A model generated the notes under the pieces. The model worked only from the letters and a program-made list of their open reading frames with translations, was not told the DNA's origin and did no database searches. The translations under genes and the position numbers were made by a program. From an uncultured Prevotellaceae bacterium (lineage in GTDB: Bacteria > Bacteroidota > Bacteroidia > Bacteroidales > Bacteroidaceae), in NCBI GenBank assembly GCA_946617675.1, contig CAMOKH010000111.1, positions 7,685 through 71,684 on the forward strand: DNA of 64,000 nt, in the 5' to 3' direction. Each line of letters starts with the position of its first letter. The stretch's first letter is position 1. Below are positions 26,516 to 35,760 of the stretch, one piece after another.

Positions 26516-29205
26516 CAGCTACGGCTCATTTGCAAACCGCTCTTAGAGAGCGTCATGTCGACGAAGCGGGCATTGGCGTTGCGGCGGTTCTCGTTGAGTA
26601 TGGTCTTGATACGTGCGGCAGCCTCGGGGTCTTTGGCTACCATGTAGAGGAAGCCGCCACCTCCGGCTCCGGGTAGCTTGTAGCCCAGGCAGAGGTCGTC
26701 GACGAGGGCGGTCAGCGCCGCCACCTCGGGCGGGTTGGTACCGCTGTCGAGCAGCTGGTTCTGCTGCCACGTCTTGCCGACGAGCAGGCCCATCGTCCGG
26801 AAGTCCTGCCGCAGGATGGCATCGTACATGTCCATCGTGTGCTGCTTCATCTGGCGCAGCAGGAGCAGCTGGTCGTGCTCGTTGAGGAACATGCGGCGCA
26901 CGATCTCGGCCAGTATCTTCTTGGCCGTGCGGGTGATGCCCGTATAATATAACAGGTGGCACTGCTGATACTCGGGCTGGGTGTACAGCCCGTCGGGCAG
27001 CCAGCGCACCGAGGGGTTCTGTATGAAGTCACGGCCGGTCTGCAGCAGTTTGACTCCACCCAGCACGCCGCCGAACTGGTCTTGCCAGCCACCACCGGTG
27101 GTGAGCATCTGTTCGAGGATGAGCGTGCGGTAGCCTATCTCGTTCTTGTCCCAGCCCAGCTGGCAGAAGTCGCTGAGGGCTCCGAGGACGGTGGCAGCCA
27201 GAATGCTCGACGTGCCGAGACCACTACCGGCGGGCACGGCTGAGAGCAACGTCAGTTCAATGCCGCAGCCGAAGGCTTCGAGCTGGGAGCGGAGCGAGGA
27301 GGGCTGCGGCACCGCCGCAGCACAGCCGACAGCAACAGGACTGCCGAAGCCAGCGAGCGTCAGGGCGGCCTTGGGGATTGAGAAGGGCGAGCCCACTTTC
27401 CTATAGTCGGAGAGCTGCTCGTTGGTCTCCACGACTTCAGTGGCTCCGAGGTCGATGCTGCGCAGCACGATGTGGGGTTCGCGGCAGGGCTTGACATAGC
27501 ACTGCAGCGGCGGCTGGCCGTTCAGTTCGATGGCGAGGTTGACGACATTGCCGCCTTCCATCAGACAATAGGGCGGCGTGTCGGTCCATCCGCCGGCGAT
27601 GTCGATGCGCACAGGGGAGCGCGCCCAGACAATCTGGTCGGGGAAAGCCTCACCCCCGCCCCCTCTCCAATGGGAAAGGGGAGTAAAATGCTTAACGGCA
27701 GTATCAGCAGCAGAGTAATCACTCCCCTCTCCCCTTGGAGAGGGGCTGGGGGTGAGGCTTTCCCGCAACAGCTCAAACGCCCGCTCGCTGTCGCCACGAA
27801 ACATGGCATCGTGGATGCGCGTCATCAACGGAGCGTCGGCGGGCAGGGGCGGCGGCAGGGGAATGTTCTCCCGGGCAAACTGCTCGGCGGCATCGGCCAG
27901 GTCGAGTTGATAGAAGACGGAGTGCTGCCAGTTGCGGGCCAGGGCCGGCCAGTTCTCGCGGCGGAACAGGCGCCGCTGCTCGAAGAGGCGGTGCAGGTTG
28001 GCACGCTCGGCCACAGCGTTGCTGTCTACGGGGTCGTCTATATGGTAGCGGCGCACCTCGTAGTCGCTGTCGCCCACGGGCACGACGTCGATACACTCGC
28101 CGGGGGCGAGGGTGATGTCCCAGTCGTTGCGCGGCACGCCGGTGATGACGTGGTCGTGACTGAGGTGCCAAGTCTTGGGTATGTGTGAGTTCTCTATCCA
28201 GATGTTCGTATTCTGCTCGTTGAACGTCACCTCGGTGACGGCGTTCTGCACGAAGATGCTGGGGTGCGGCTTACGGTCGAGGTGCATAATCTGCCGCTGG
28301 TCGCTCACCAGGTTCTGCAAGGCGAGCGTCGACGAGATCATCTCGCGCGACGTGCCGAAGTGGTAGAACTCACCGCCCGCCAACGGCAGGATGGCCACAC
28401 TCAAGGAGCGAAGCTCTGCATCGTCAATCGTCGGGTCGGTGCCAAGCGAACAGCCAAACTCAGCATATAAATCGTAAGGAGTTACCACTCCCCTCCCTTC
28501 AGGGAGGGGCTGCGGGTGGGTCTTTTCCATCAGTGCCTTCACCGCCCGGTCGCTGAGCATCCAGATGCCGACGTCGGTCAGGTAGTAGTGGTCCTTCTGC
28601 AGGTCGTTGAGGGTCTGCACCGACGGTTTCTGCAGCATCTGCTTCAGCACGGAGGGCGTCTCGCGACGGCTGACGAACACGCCGTGGTTCTTGGCCGTCG
28701 AGGCCGGCATCCACAGTCCGTAACACACCACGTCGGCATCGGGCACTGGGGGCAGGGGCTGCGTAGCTCGCACGCAGACGTCGCCGCTGACCACCATCGT
28801 GTGGATGTTGTCGGGTGCCATGTCCATCATCTGTCGGTAGAGTGGCAGTTGCATGTCCATCAGCGTCTGACTGAGCCGCTGGCCCCGCTCCCAGCGGAGC
28901 ACGGGCAGAGGCATCAGCACCTTGCCGCTGACGGCATAGCCCGGCAGCCTCCGGCTCTGTCCGCCGGCATGTATCAGTATGCGGTTGTCCTTCGACAGCC
29001 ATGCTTCGAAGTCATCATCTCGCTCACTTCTCACCTCTCCTCTCTCATCTAAACAAGCTTGCTCCAGCAGCCAGGCCGTGCCGCCCCCGCTGCCGAGGCG
29101 GTGGCCCACGGGGTCGCAGGTGCAGAAGTACTCCTCGCGGCTCAGGCCGGAGATGTCATGGAAGCAGTCTACCACATTAGGGGGTAGCGATAGCAGGATC
29201 TTCAT
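26515..29205 (-). CDS. fkp: Bifunctional L-fucokinase / GDP-fucose pyrophosphorylase
   Basis: LGSGGGT, HAGGQSRRLP, PVRIDIAGGWTD, GHMP motif PAGSGLGTSS, GAGGGG. Confidence 0.95.
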   Translation of the reverse strand: MKILLSLPPNVVDCFHDISGLSREEYFCTCDPVGHRLGSGGGTAWLLEQACLDERGEVRSERDDDFEAWLSKDNRILIHAGGQSRRLPGYAVSGKVLMPLPVLRWERGQRLSQTLMDMQLPLYRQMMDMAPDNIHTMVVSGDVCVRATQPLPPVPDADVVCYGLWMPASTAKNHGVFVSRRETPSVLKQMLQKPSVQTLNDLQKDHYYLTDVGIWMLSDRAVKALMEKTHPQPLPEGRGVVTPYDLYAEFGCSLGTDPTIDDAELRSLSVAILPLAGGEFYHFGTSREMISSTLALQNLVSDQRQIMHLDRKPHPSIFVQNAVTEVTFNEQNTNIWIENSHIPKTWHLSHDHVITGVPRNDWDITLAPGECIDVVPVGDSDYEVRRYHIDDPVDSNAVAERANLHRLFEQRRLFRRENWPALARNWQHSVFYQLDLADAAEQFARENIPLPPPLPADAPLMTRIHDAMFRGDSERAFELLRESLTPSPSPRGEGSDYSAADTAVKHFTPLSHWRGGGGEAFPDQIVWARSPVRIDIAGGWTDTPPYCLMEGGNVVNLAIELNGQPPLQCYVKPCREPHIVLRSIDLGATEVVETNEQLSDYRKVGSPFSIPKAALTLAGFGSPVAVGCAAAVPQPSSLRSQLEAFGCGIELTLLSAVPAGSGLGTSSILAATVLGALSDFCQLGWDKNEIGYRTLILEQMLTTGGGWQDQFGGVLGGVKLLQTGRDFIQNPSVRWLPDGLYTQPEYQQCHLLYYTGITRTAKKILAEIVRRMFLNEHDQLLLLRQMKQHTMDMYDAILRQDFRTMGLLVGKTWQQNQLLDSGTNPPEVAALTALVDDLCLGYKLPGAGGGGFLYMVAKDPEAAARIKTILNENRRNANARFVDMTLSKSGLQMSRS
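27641..27764. repeat. 124-nt palindromic element in-frame in fkp
   Basis: 44-nt arms with 4 mismatches (gggaaagcctcaccccc...aggggagt); encodes ESLTPSPSPRGEGSDYSAADTAVKHFTPLSHWRGGGGEAF. Confidence 0.9.
28487..28524. repeat. Single REP-like arm in-frame in fkp
   Basis: actcccctcccttcagggaggggctgcgggtgggtctt encodes KTHPQPLPEGRGV. Confidence 0.85.
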
Positions 29206-31709
29206 TGTGCTACGGGCGCTTTACGGTTCTTACGGAAGGAGATGGCGATGGCCAGCAGCACCAGCAGCACAAACATGCCGAACGAGGCGTAGGCCACGGT
29301 CTCGGTGACGTCGAGCGAGCGGGGGAAGAAGGTCAGCTCCACCTTATGCTGGCCGGGGCCGACGGTGAGGGCACGCAGCACGTAGTTGACGCGGCCCAGC
29401 CGGGCGGGCTGGCCGTCGACGGTGGCCTCCCAGCCGGGGTAGTAGATTTCCGAGAACACCACTACCCCACCCCGCTGCGACGCCACGTCGTACTGCAGCC
29501 GGTTGGGCTCGTAGGCCGTCAGCGTGACCATAGCGGCCGAGTCGGCGGCCTGCTCGGCAACGGGCTTCAGCTGCTCGCGGAACTTGGCGTCGGCCACAGC
29601 CTCGTGGCGCAGGTCGAGCTTGCCGAGGGCGTCGAGCTCCTGGTTGGCATTATCGACGAACTTCACCGAATTGACAAACCAGGCATTGCCGTAGCTGTAG
29701 GGATTCTCTACGGGCACGGTCTTTCCGTCCTGCAGGGGCAGTATGAAGTAGCGCGTATTGAGCATGTTGAGCACCGGGTAGATGGAGTCGCCCTTTACCT
29801 GGGTCATGTCGCCGGAGGCGTCGGCCACGGCCTGGAACGTCTGCTGCATCTCGGGGGCGATATAGGCCTCGATGAGTTCCTGGTAGCGGCGCAGTTTGGC
29901 GGCGTGATAGCCGCCGATAGACTTATGGTAGTACGATGTCTCGTTCTCGTTGAACGTGTTCGAGGCGAGGTTCAGCACGCGGTAGTCCAGCGTCTTGTCG
30001 GCCAGGATAATCTCGTCGGTCTCAGTCTTGGGCTGGGCCTGCTCGCGCTCATACTTGGGCACGAACATCGCGTCGTTCAGGTAGCGCTTGTTCACCATCC
30101 AGAGGTCGACGAGACAGAGCGCCAACAGCAGTCCGCTCAGGGTGACACTCTTCAGCTTGCCAGCCATATAGAGCACCAGACAGACGGTGCCAATAAGGAT
30201 AATGAAGAACGAGCGCCAGGCGTCGCTGGTGAACATGGCGCGGCGCATCTCGCTGAGATTCTGCAGCAGCGGCTGCAGCTGGTCGGCGGGGAACTGCGAC
30301 AGCGCCTCCATCTCGGCCGACGAGACGTAGTTGCCGAAGAACAAGTCGGGCATCGCCGCAAAGAGCAGTGCAAAGCCGCCGGTCAGTGCGAAGGCGGCCA
30401 CGACAGCCTTTCTCAGCTTATCTGTCTGCACTTTTCCACCTATCACCTCCTTCAGAGCCAGCATGGCCAGCAGGGGAATGGTGAACTCGGCCACGACGAG
30501 GATGGAGGCCACGGTTCGGAACTTGGCATACATCGGCACGTAGTCGATAAACAGGTCGGTCAGTCCCATGAAGTTCTTACCCCACGACAGCATGATGCTC
30601 AGCACCGTGGCGGCCAGGAGTGCCCACTTCATAGGTCCCTTGACGATGAACAGGCCCAGTACAAAGAGGAACAGGACGAAGGCGCCCACGTAGACGGGTC
30701 CCGACGTGCCGGGCTGCTCGCCCCAGTACTGGCCTATCTGCTGGTAGAGTCCAATGTAGTTGTTGTCGGCGTGCTTCATGGCCGTCTTATTCATCACCAG
30801 CGGCTGCGAGGCACCGCCCTTGGCGTTAGGCACGAGCAGGGTCCACGTCTCGCCGATGCCATACGACCACTGCGTGATGTAGTCGCGATCCAGTCCGCTC
30901 GAGGTCTGGTTGGCGGTGTTCTCCTTCACCAGCTCACTCTTGCCGCGCATCGACTCTTTCTGGTATTGCCACGTATGGTAGAGATTCGACAGGTTCACCA
31001 ACACGCCGATCAGGGCGCCGACGGCACAGACCGCCGTGGCCTTCAGGAAGTGGGCCATGCGCTTCTGCCGGATGGCGTCTACCAGATAGGCCACGACCAT
31101 GAATAAGATGACCATCAGGAAGTAGTACGTCATCTGGACATGGTTGGCATACACCTCGAAGGCCGAGAAGAGCGCCGTCACGACAAGTCCCCACAGGTAC
31201 TTGCCGCGGTAGGCCAGCACGATGCCCGCTATCAGCGGCGGCAGGTAGGCCAGGGCCCACACCTTCCAGATGTGGCCGGCGGCGATGATAATCAGGAAAT
31301 AGGTGCTGAAGGCCCACATCACCGAGCCTAACGCCGCCAGATACCAACGGAAGTCGAAGGCACGCAGCAGCAGGTAGAAGCCTAAGAGGTAGACGAAGAC
31401 ATACCAGACATTCTCGGGCAGCCACAGGTGGTAGGCATTGACAACCTTTCCCAGCAGGTTGGTGCTCTCGTACGACGGAGCCGACTGGTAGGTGGGCATG
31501 CCGCTAAACAGGGCGTTGGTCCAGCGGGTGCGCTCCCCCGTGCGCTGATAATACTCCTGCTGCTCCTGGCCCGCACCCACGCCGGCCGACGCATCGTGGC
31601 GGTAGAGGATGCGCCCCTCCGTGTCGGCGGGGAAGAAGTAGGCAAAGGCCAGTACGGCAAACAACAACACGGCCACAATGTCGGGCACGAGTTTCTTCAG
31701 TGTAGTCAT
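29202..31709 (-). CDS. YfhO family membrane protein (GT-C-like)
   Basis: WTNALFSGMPTYQ, many TM helices, SIGGYHAAKLRRY, SEIYYPGW. Confidence 0.88.
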   Translation of the reverse strand: MTTLKKLVPDIVAVLLFAVLAFAYFFPADTEGRILYRHDASAGVGAGQEQQEYYQRTGERTRWTNALFSGMPTYQSAPSYESTNLLGKVVNAYHLWLPENVWYVFVYLLGFYLLLRAFDFRWYLAALGSVMWAFSTYFLIIIAAGHIWKVWALAYLPPLIAGIVLAYRGKYLWGLVVTALFSAFEVYANHVQMTYYFLMVILFMVVAYLVDAIRQKRMAHFLKATAVCAVGALIGVLVNLSNLYHTWQYQKESMRGKSELVKENTANQTSSGLDRDYITQWSYGIGETWTLLVPNAKGGASQPLVMNKTAMKHADNNYIGLYQQIGQYWGEQPGTSGPVYVGAFVLFLFVLGLFIVKGPMKWALLAATVLSIMLSWGKNFMGLTDLFIDYVPMYAKFRTVASILVVAEFTIPLLAMLALKEVIGGKVQTDKLRKAVVAAFALTGGFALLFAAMPDLFFGNYVSSAEMEALSQFPADQLQPLLQNLSEMRRAMFTSDAWRSFFIILIGTVCLVLYMAGKLKSVTLSGLLLALCLVDLWMVNKRYLNDAMFVPKYEREQAQPKTETDEIILADKTLDYRVLNLASNTFNENETSYYHKSIGGYHAAKLRRYQELIEAYIAPEMQQTFQAVADASGDMTQVKGDSIYPVLNMLNTRYFILPLQDGKTVPVENPYSYGNAWFVNSVKFVDNANQELDALGKLDLRHEAVADAKFREQLKPVAEQAADSAAMVTLTAYEPNRLQYDVASQRGGVVVFSEIYYPGWEATVDGQPARLGRVNYVLRALTVGPGQHKVELTFFPRSLDVTETVAYASFGMFVLLVLLAIAISFRKNRKAPVAQ

Positions 31710-31727
31710 AACTTGCAAGTTTTTTAC

Positions 31728-31777
31728 GTTTCTGCGTGCAAAGGTACGAAAATTTTCGTACCTTTGCACGCAGAAAC
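31728..31777. promoter_or_regulatory. Perfect 50-bp palindrome with divergent -7 elements (yfhO / luxS)
   Basis: gtttctgcgtgcaaaggtacgaaaa|ttttcgtacctttgcacgcagaaac. Confidence 0.85.
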
Positions 31778-31826
31778 CATAGAAAAAAGAATAAAAAAGG
31801 GAAAATCACTCTAAACAAGCAGTAAT

Positions 31827-32321
31827 ATGGAAGCCATACAAAGTTTCACCATCGACCACACCCGTCTGAAGCCGGGCATCTACATATCGCGCGAGGACAA
31901 GGGATTTACGACGTACGACCTGCGCATCACCGAGCCCAACAAGGAGCCTGCCGTGGCGCCAGCCGCCATCCACAGTCTGGAGCACCTGATGGCTACCTGG
32001 TTCCGCAACTCACGCGTCAAGGACGACGTGGTGTATGTAGGGCCTATGGGCTGCCTGACGGGCATGTATATCATCATGCTGGGCCAGTACTCGGTCGAGG
32101 ACATGCGCCAGCTGACCATCGAGTGCCTGGAGTGGATTCTCACGCAGACCGAGGTGCCGGCCACGGAGCCGCAGACCTGCGGCAACTACCTGCTCCACGA
32201 CCTGCCGATGTGCCAGTGGGAGAGCCGCCGCTATCTCGACCGCCTGCAGCACGACTTCCACTCGGAATACACCAAGCTACAGGTCACCCTCAGCGACGGC
32301 CGCCAGTTTGCCGACGCATAA
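31827..32321 (+). CDS. luxS: S-ribosylhomocysteine lyase
   Basis: SFTIDHT, HSLEH, GPMGCLTG, CGNY..H. Confidence 0.95.
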   Translation: MEAIQSFTIDHTRLKPGIYISREDKGFTTYDLRITEPNKEPAVAPAAIHSLEHLMATWFRNSRVKDDVVYVGPMGCLTGMYIIMLGQYSVEDMRQLTIECLEWILTQTEVPATEPQTCGNYLLHDLPMCQWESRRYLDRLQHDFHSEYTKLQVTLSDGRQFADA

Positions 32322-34218
32322 CCACGCGGCCATTCTCGATGTAGAGTCCCTCAGCAGGCGGTGCCGACAGTCGCTGGCCGTTCAGGTTGTAGAGCTGGCC
32401 GGCAGTCGTCGGCTGGTCGCCAGGCGTAGGCTGGCCGATACCGACAGTCCCTCCCTCGACGGGACCATTGCTGCACGTGAGTGCACCGACGAAGAAGATG
32501 GCGCCCGTCGATTGCTCGCTGATGATATAAAGGAACGGGCGCGTAGCGTAGAACTCAGCATATTCCGGCATTCCTATTGCCAGATCACCAATGATGGTCA
32601 CGGCGGCAGCCTCTGTACCCTGCTCGTCGAGCTTGATTCGTGCCACCTGCTTCATCAGTCCGATATAGGTCTCCACGTTGCAGAACTCCGGAAACTCTGC
32701 TCTTAGCGTGAATGCGGTAGGCATACCCAAGGCCGACATCACATCCTTTAAAGACATATCAGTCTTCGTCTCGAAACGCGGCAGCTTCAGGTAAACCATC
32801 GTCGAACGCATATTCCGGCACAGCTGCCCGAACTGTGCGGCTGTCGGCACCTGGGGCACCGTGTTCACTATCTTCGAGCCTGTCAGCTTGGGCAGCAGGA
32901 CGGTCATCGCGTACGCCCCGTTGCCGTATGGCAGCCTGACGGCCTGATAGTCGTCATCTTCAGCGTAGGCGAACTCCTCCATCTGGCGCATCATCGGGAC
33001 TGTGGTCAATTCTTTCGTATAGCCAGCATGGTCGAAGACTTCCTCCTTCGTATTCCTTTCGTCGAACTTGTTCTGCCATGCACCCTTGAAGTAGATGGCG
33101 TTCAGCAGGTAGCTCACGTAGTCAGGGTCGAACGTCTCCTCGTCAAGCACCTTCTCAATCATCTTCTGCGTGTGGTCGCTGGCCCACTGGTTGATGACGT
33201 CCACCGTCTGCCCGTCGTGGAAGTCGCGCCTCTCAGGCTGGGCGTCGTAGTAGGTGTTGGCCTTCTCAACGAACGAGGGCTTCAGCTGGTATGGCTCGTT
33301 CACATAGATGGTGTTGGCTATCGAGACCTTGGTCGTCGGGTCGAGCAAGCCGCTTTCGGTCATCATCTTGCGGCAGAACTGGTTGATGGCCTCGGGCGAA
33401 CCGACGTCGGCACCGCCCAGTACGCTGCAGATTTCCTGCTGCGTCTGTCCGGCGGCCCCGTTGTTGAGCATCCCCAGGGCGTAGGTGATGCTCAGCGGCG
33501 AGAGAATGAAATCCCAGCCACGATTCACCTCGCCCATCAGCCGGAAGGCGAAGTCGTTGTTCTGCTCCACCAGCCGCTGCTCGTCCTGTGTCAGTTCAAT
33601 GTATTTGGGGGCATTGAAATCGGTTGCGCTGAAATAGTAGTCGCCTGACACATACTCAAACGACTCATAGTCGCAGATGCAGTCTGGCTCAGGTTCAAAC
33701 AGCCAGTGTACCAGCCCTTTCCCTTGGAATCCGACACCCTCGACAGCTACAAATCCCAACGTATAGAGGCTGCCGTCGGGACGCACGTTCTGATAGCGGA
33801 AACGGCGAAACAGCTGTCTGTTCACCTGGATGGTCTCCTCAATGGGCGTCGCTTCGGGGAACAGATTGTCGCCGAAATGCAGACTGACGTCAAACAGCAG
33901 GAAGTCCTTCTTGTCGCCCAGATAGTCGTACTGCCACACCCTGCCCTCTTCGTCTTCGCGGAAGGCACCATAGTAGCTGTTGGTGCCATTGCCTTGGCGG
34001 TACATCCTCATATACCGCCACCCGTCGATGACGGTGTCGCCTCTCAGCGTATAGGCCACCGGCCACGTAGAAGTCTCGTGAGGGTTCTCGTAGTCCACGT
34101 CCTCAAAGTGGTGATACGTGTACCACCACGTCTTGCCTTCCTCCAGCATGGGCCGACGGTCGGCGGCACTGACGCTCAGAGCTGTCAGCACCACGGTCAG
34201 TAATGTCATTGTTCTCAT
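32290..34218 (-). CDS. Secreted serpin with extra N-terminal domain and C-terminal secretion tail
   Basis: ILSPLSI, LLNAIYFKGAW, hinge EQGTEAAAVT, RPFLYII; YNLNGQRL..GLYIENGR tail. Confidence 0.93.
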   Translation of the reverse strand: MRTMTLLTVVLTALSVSAADRRPMLEEGKTWWYTYHHFEDVDYENPHETSTWPVAYTLRGDTVIDGWRYMRMYRQGNGTNSYYGAFREDEEGRVWQYDYLGDKKDFLLFDVSLHFGDNLFPEATPIEETIQVNRQLFRRFRYQNVRPDGSLYTLGFVAVEGVGFQGKGLVHWLFEPEPDCICDYESFEYVSGDYYFSATDFNAPKYIELTQDEQRLVEQNNDFAFRLMGEVNRGWDFILSPLSITYALGMLNNGAAGQTQQEICSVLGGADVGSPEAINQFCRKMMTESGLLDPTTKVSIANTIYVNEPYQLKPSFVEKANTYYDAQPERRDFHDGQTVDVINQWASDHTQKMIEKVLDEETFDPDYVSYLLNAIYFKGAWQNKFDERNTKEEVFDHAGYTKELTTVPMMRQMEEFAYAEDDDYQAVRLPYGNGAYAMTVLLPKLTGSKIVNTVPQVPTAAQFGQLCRNMRSTMVYLKLPRFETKTDMSLKDVMSALGMPTAFTLRAEFPEFCNVETYIGLMKQVARIKLDEQGTEAAAVTIIGDLAIGMPEYAEFYATRPFLYIISEQSTGAIFFVGALTCSNGPVEGGTVGIGQPTPGDQPTTAGQLYNLNGQRLSAPPAEGLYIENGRVVMRRQTGGRR

Positions 34219-34228
34219 AGTCAGTCGT

Positions 34229-35752
34229 TTATTTAATCGTTATTCTTATGCCTAATGGTACGGTCACGACGAAGGGGTGCTCCGTCTGCCACGTCTCGAC
34301 GCCGCTGCCGTTGCGGAAGTAGTGCTGCAGACTCGGTTCGACGAAGAAGCCCACGGCGGGCGTCACGTTGTACTCCAGCCCGAGGCCCACGCCCGCTGAC
34401 CACTGCCAACCGGGGCGGAGGCGATCATGACCAGCCTCTACGACTGAACCGTTTATCACATAGCGGCTATCGAGGGTGGAGCGCAGCGGCAGCTGGAGCG
34501 TGACGTTGGCGGCGGCGTTGAGACTGAGCCTCGGCAACAGCTGCTGTCGCCATCCTGCCTGCAGCGGCAGACCAAGATAATGCACGCGCTGCTCCTGCTG
34601 CAACTGGGCAAAGGTATTGCCCGAGGCCAGGCTCGACGACAGCCGCGTGTATTGCAGGCCGAGGCTCACCTGCCAGTGCTTGCCGAGATGGCGGCTGACG
34701 GTCAGCCCGACGGTGAGCGGCAGCCGGTGGTTGGCCACGGAGTCATAGACGGAGGGGTTCATATCCGGGTCGGCGTATGGCAGCCGCGTGTCGTCGCTGC
34801 CGCCCATGCCGCTGTAGGCAAGGGCTACCGTCCACGCTGAGGCGGAGGCGTGTGGCACCGCCACACGACAGCCGACATCCGGGACTGAGGGGCTGACGGT
34901 TGAGGCAGCGGTATCTGGCGCTTCGGTTTCTGCGGCTGCAACGACGGCTGCGATGGCGGCGGTATCTGGCGCTACGGTTTCTGCGACTGCTACGGCAGCG
35001 GTGCTAACGGCAGCAGTGGCGGCTACGACGGCGGTGCTAACGGCATCGGTGGCGGCTACGACGGCGGTTGCAGTATCGCCGGTGCTTACGGTTTCAGCAG
35101 CGGCAATGACAGGTTTCGCGTGTTCGCCTGCGGCATTTATTCCCCTCCCCTCCAGGGGAGGGGCCAGGGGTGGGGTCTTCGTCGTCTTCAACGGCAGCAG
35201 CGCCGCCACGAGCAGCAGCACCATAGGCCGCAGCCACCGCCGCAGCAGCAGCTTGGCACGCGAGAGCTGGGCCGACGACGTGTGGGGCTCAATGCCGAGC
35301 AGGGCGGCAATCTCCTGATGGCTCATGCCGTCGAGCACCGACAGGCGGAACACGCGGCGATAGCTCTGCGGCAGGGCGTCGACCAGGCGCAGAATCTCGT
35401 CGTAACTGACAGCGGCCGGGACGGTGGCGGCTGCCGCCGACAGTGGGCGCTCCAGGTCGTCGAGCGAGACGACGGGCGCCTGGCGCTGCCGATGCTGCCA
35501 GGTGCGCCCCAGATTGTGGACCACCCGCGCCATCCAAGCCTCAGCCTTGGCGGGGTCGTTCACCGTGTCAATCTTACTGAATATCAGCACGAACGCGTCG
35601 TGCAGCAAGTCGTCGGCCGTGGCCTCGTCGGCCACGTAGTGGCGGCACACCCGGCGCAGCCGGTCGTGCATCACGGTGTAGAGCAGTCCGAACGCCTGCT
35701 GGTCGCCCCTCTGGCACCGCTCGACGATTTGCTTGATACTCAGTTCGCCCAT
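34229..35752 (-). CDS. ECF sigma factor fused through a TM helix and Ala/Thr/Val linker to an outer-membrane beta-barrel
   Basis: Sigma2 (DLLHDAF), sigma4 (GMSHQEIAALLGI..SSAQLSRAK), MVLLLVAALLPL, barrel motifs HYLGLPL, WQWSAGVGLGLEY, FVEPSLQHYF. Confidence 0.85.
   Translation of the reverse strand: MGELSIKQIVERCQRGDQQAFGLLYTVMHDRLRRVCRHYVADEATADDLLHDAFVLIFSKIDTVNDPAKAEAWMARVVHNLGRTWQHRQRQAPVVSLDDLERPLSAAAATVPAAVSYDEILRLVDALPQSYRRVFRLSVLDGMSHQEIAALLGIEPHTSSAQLSRAKLLLRRWLRPMVLLLVAALLPLKTTKTPPLAPPLEGRGINAAGEHAKPVIAAAETVSTGDTATAVVAATDAVSTAVVAATAAVSTAAVAVAETVAPDTAAIAAVVAAAETEAPDTAASTVSPSVPDVGCRVAVPHASASAWTVALAYSGMGGSDDTRLPYADPDMNPSVYDSVANHRLPLTVGLTVSRHLGKHWQVSLGLQYTRLSSSLASGNTFAQLQQEQRVHYLGLPLQAGWRQQLLPRLSLNAAANVTLQLPLRSTLDSRYVINGSVVEAGHDRLRPGWQWSAGVGLGLEYNVTPAVGFFVEPSLQHYFRNGSGVETWQTEHPFVVTVPLGIRITIK
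35139..35180. repeat. Single REP-like arm in-frame in the sigma fusion
   Basis: tcccctcccctccaggggaggggccaggggtggggtcttc encodes KTPPLAPPLEGRGI. Confidence 0.85.
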
Positions 35753-35760
35753 CTCAACGA

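Noticed and set aside
34900-35105. Ala/Thr/Val repeats in the sigma fusion as a mobile repeat
   Set aside because: These are codon-phase, low-complexity linker duplications, not a dispersed DNA element.
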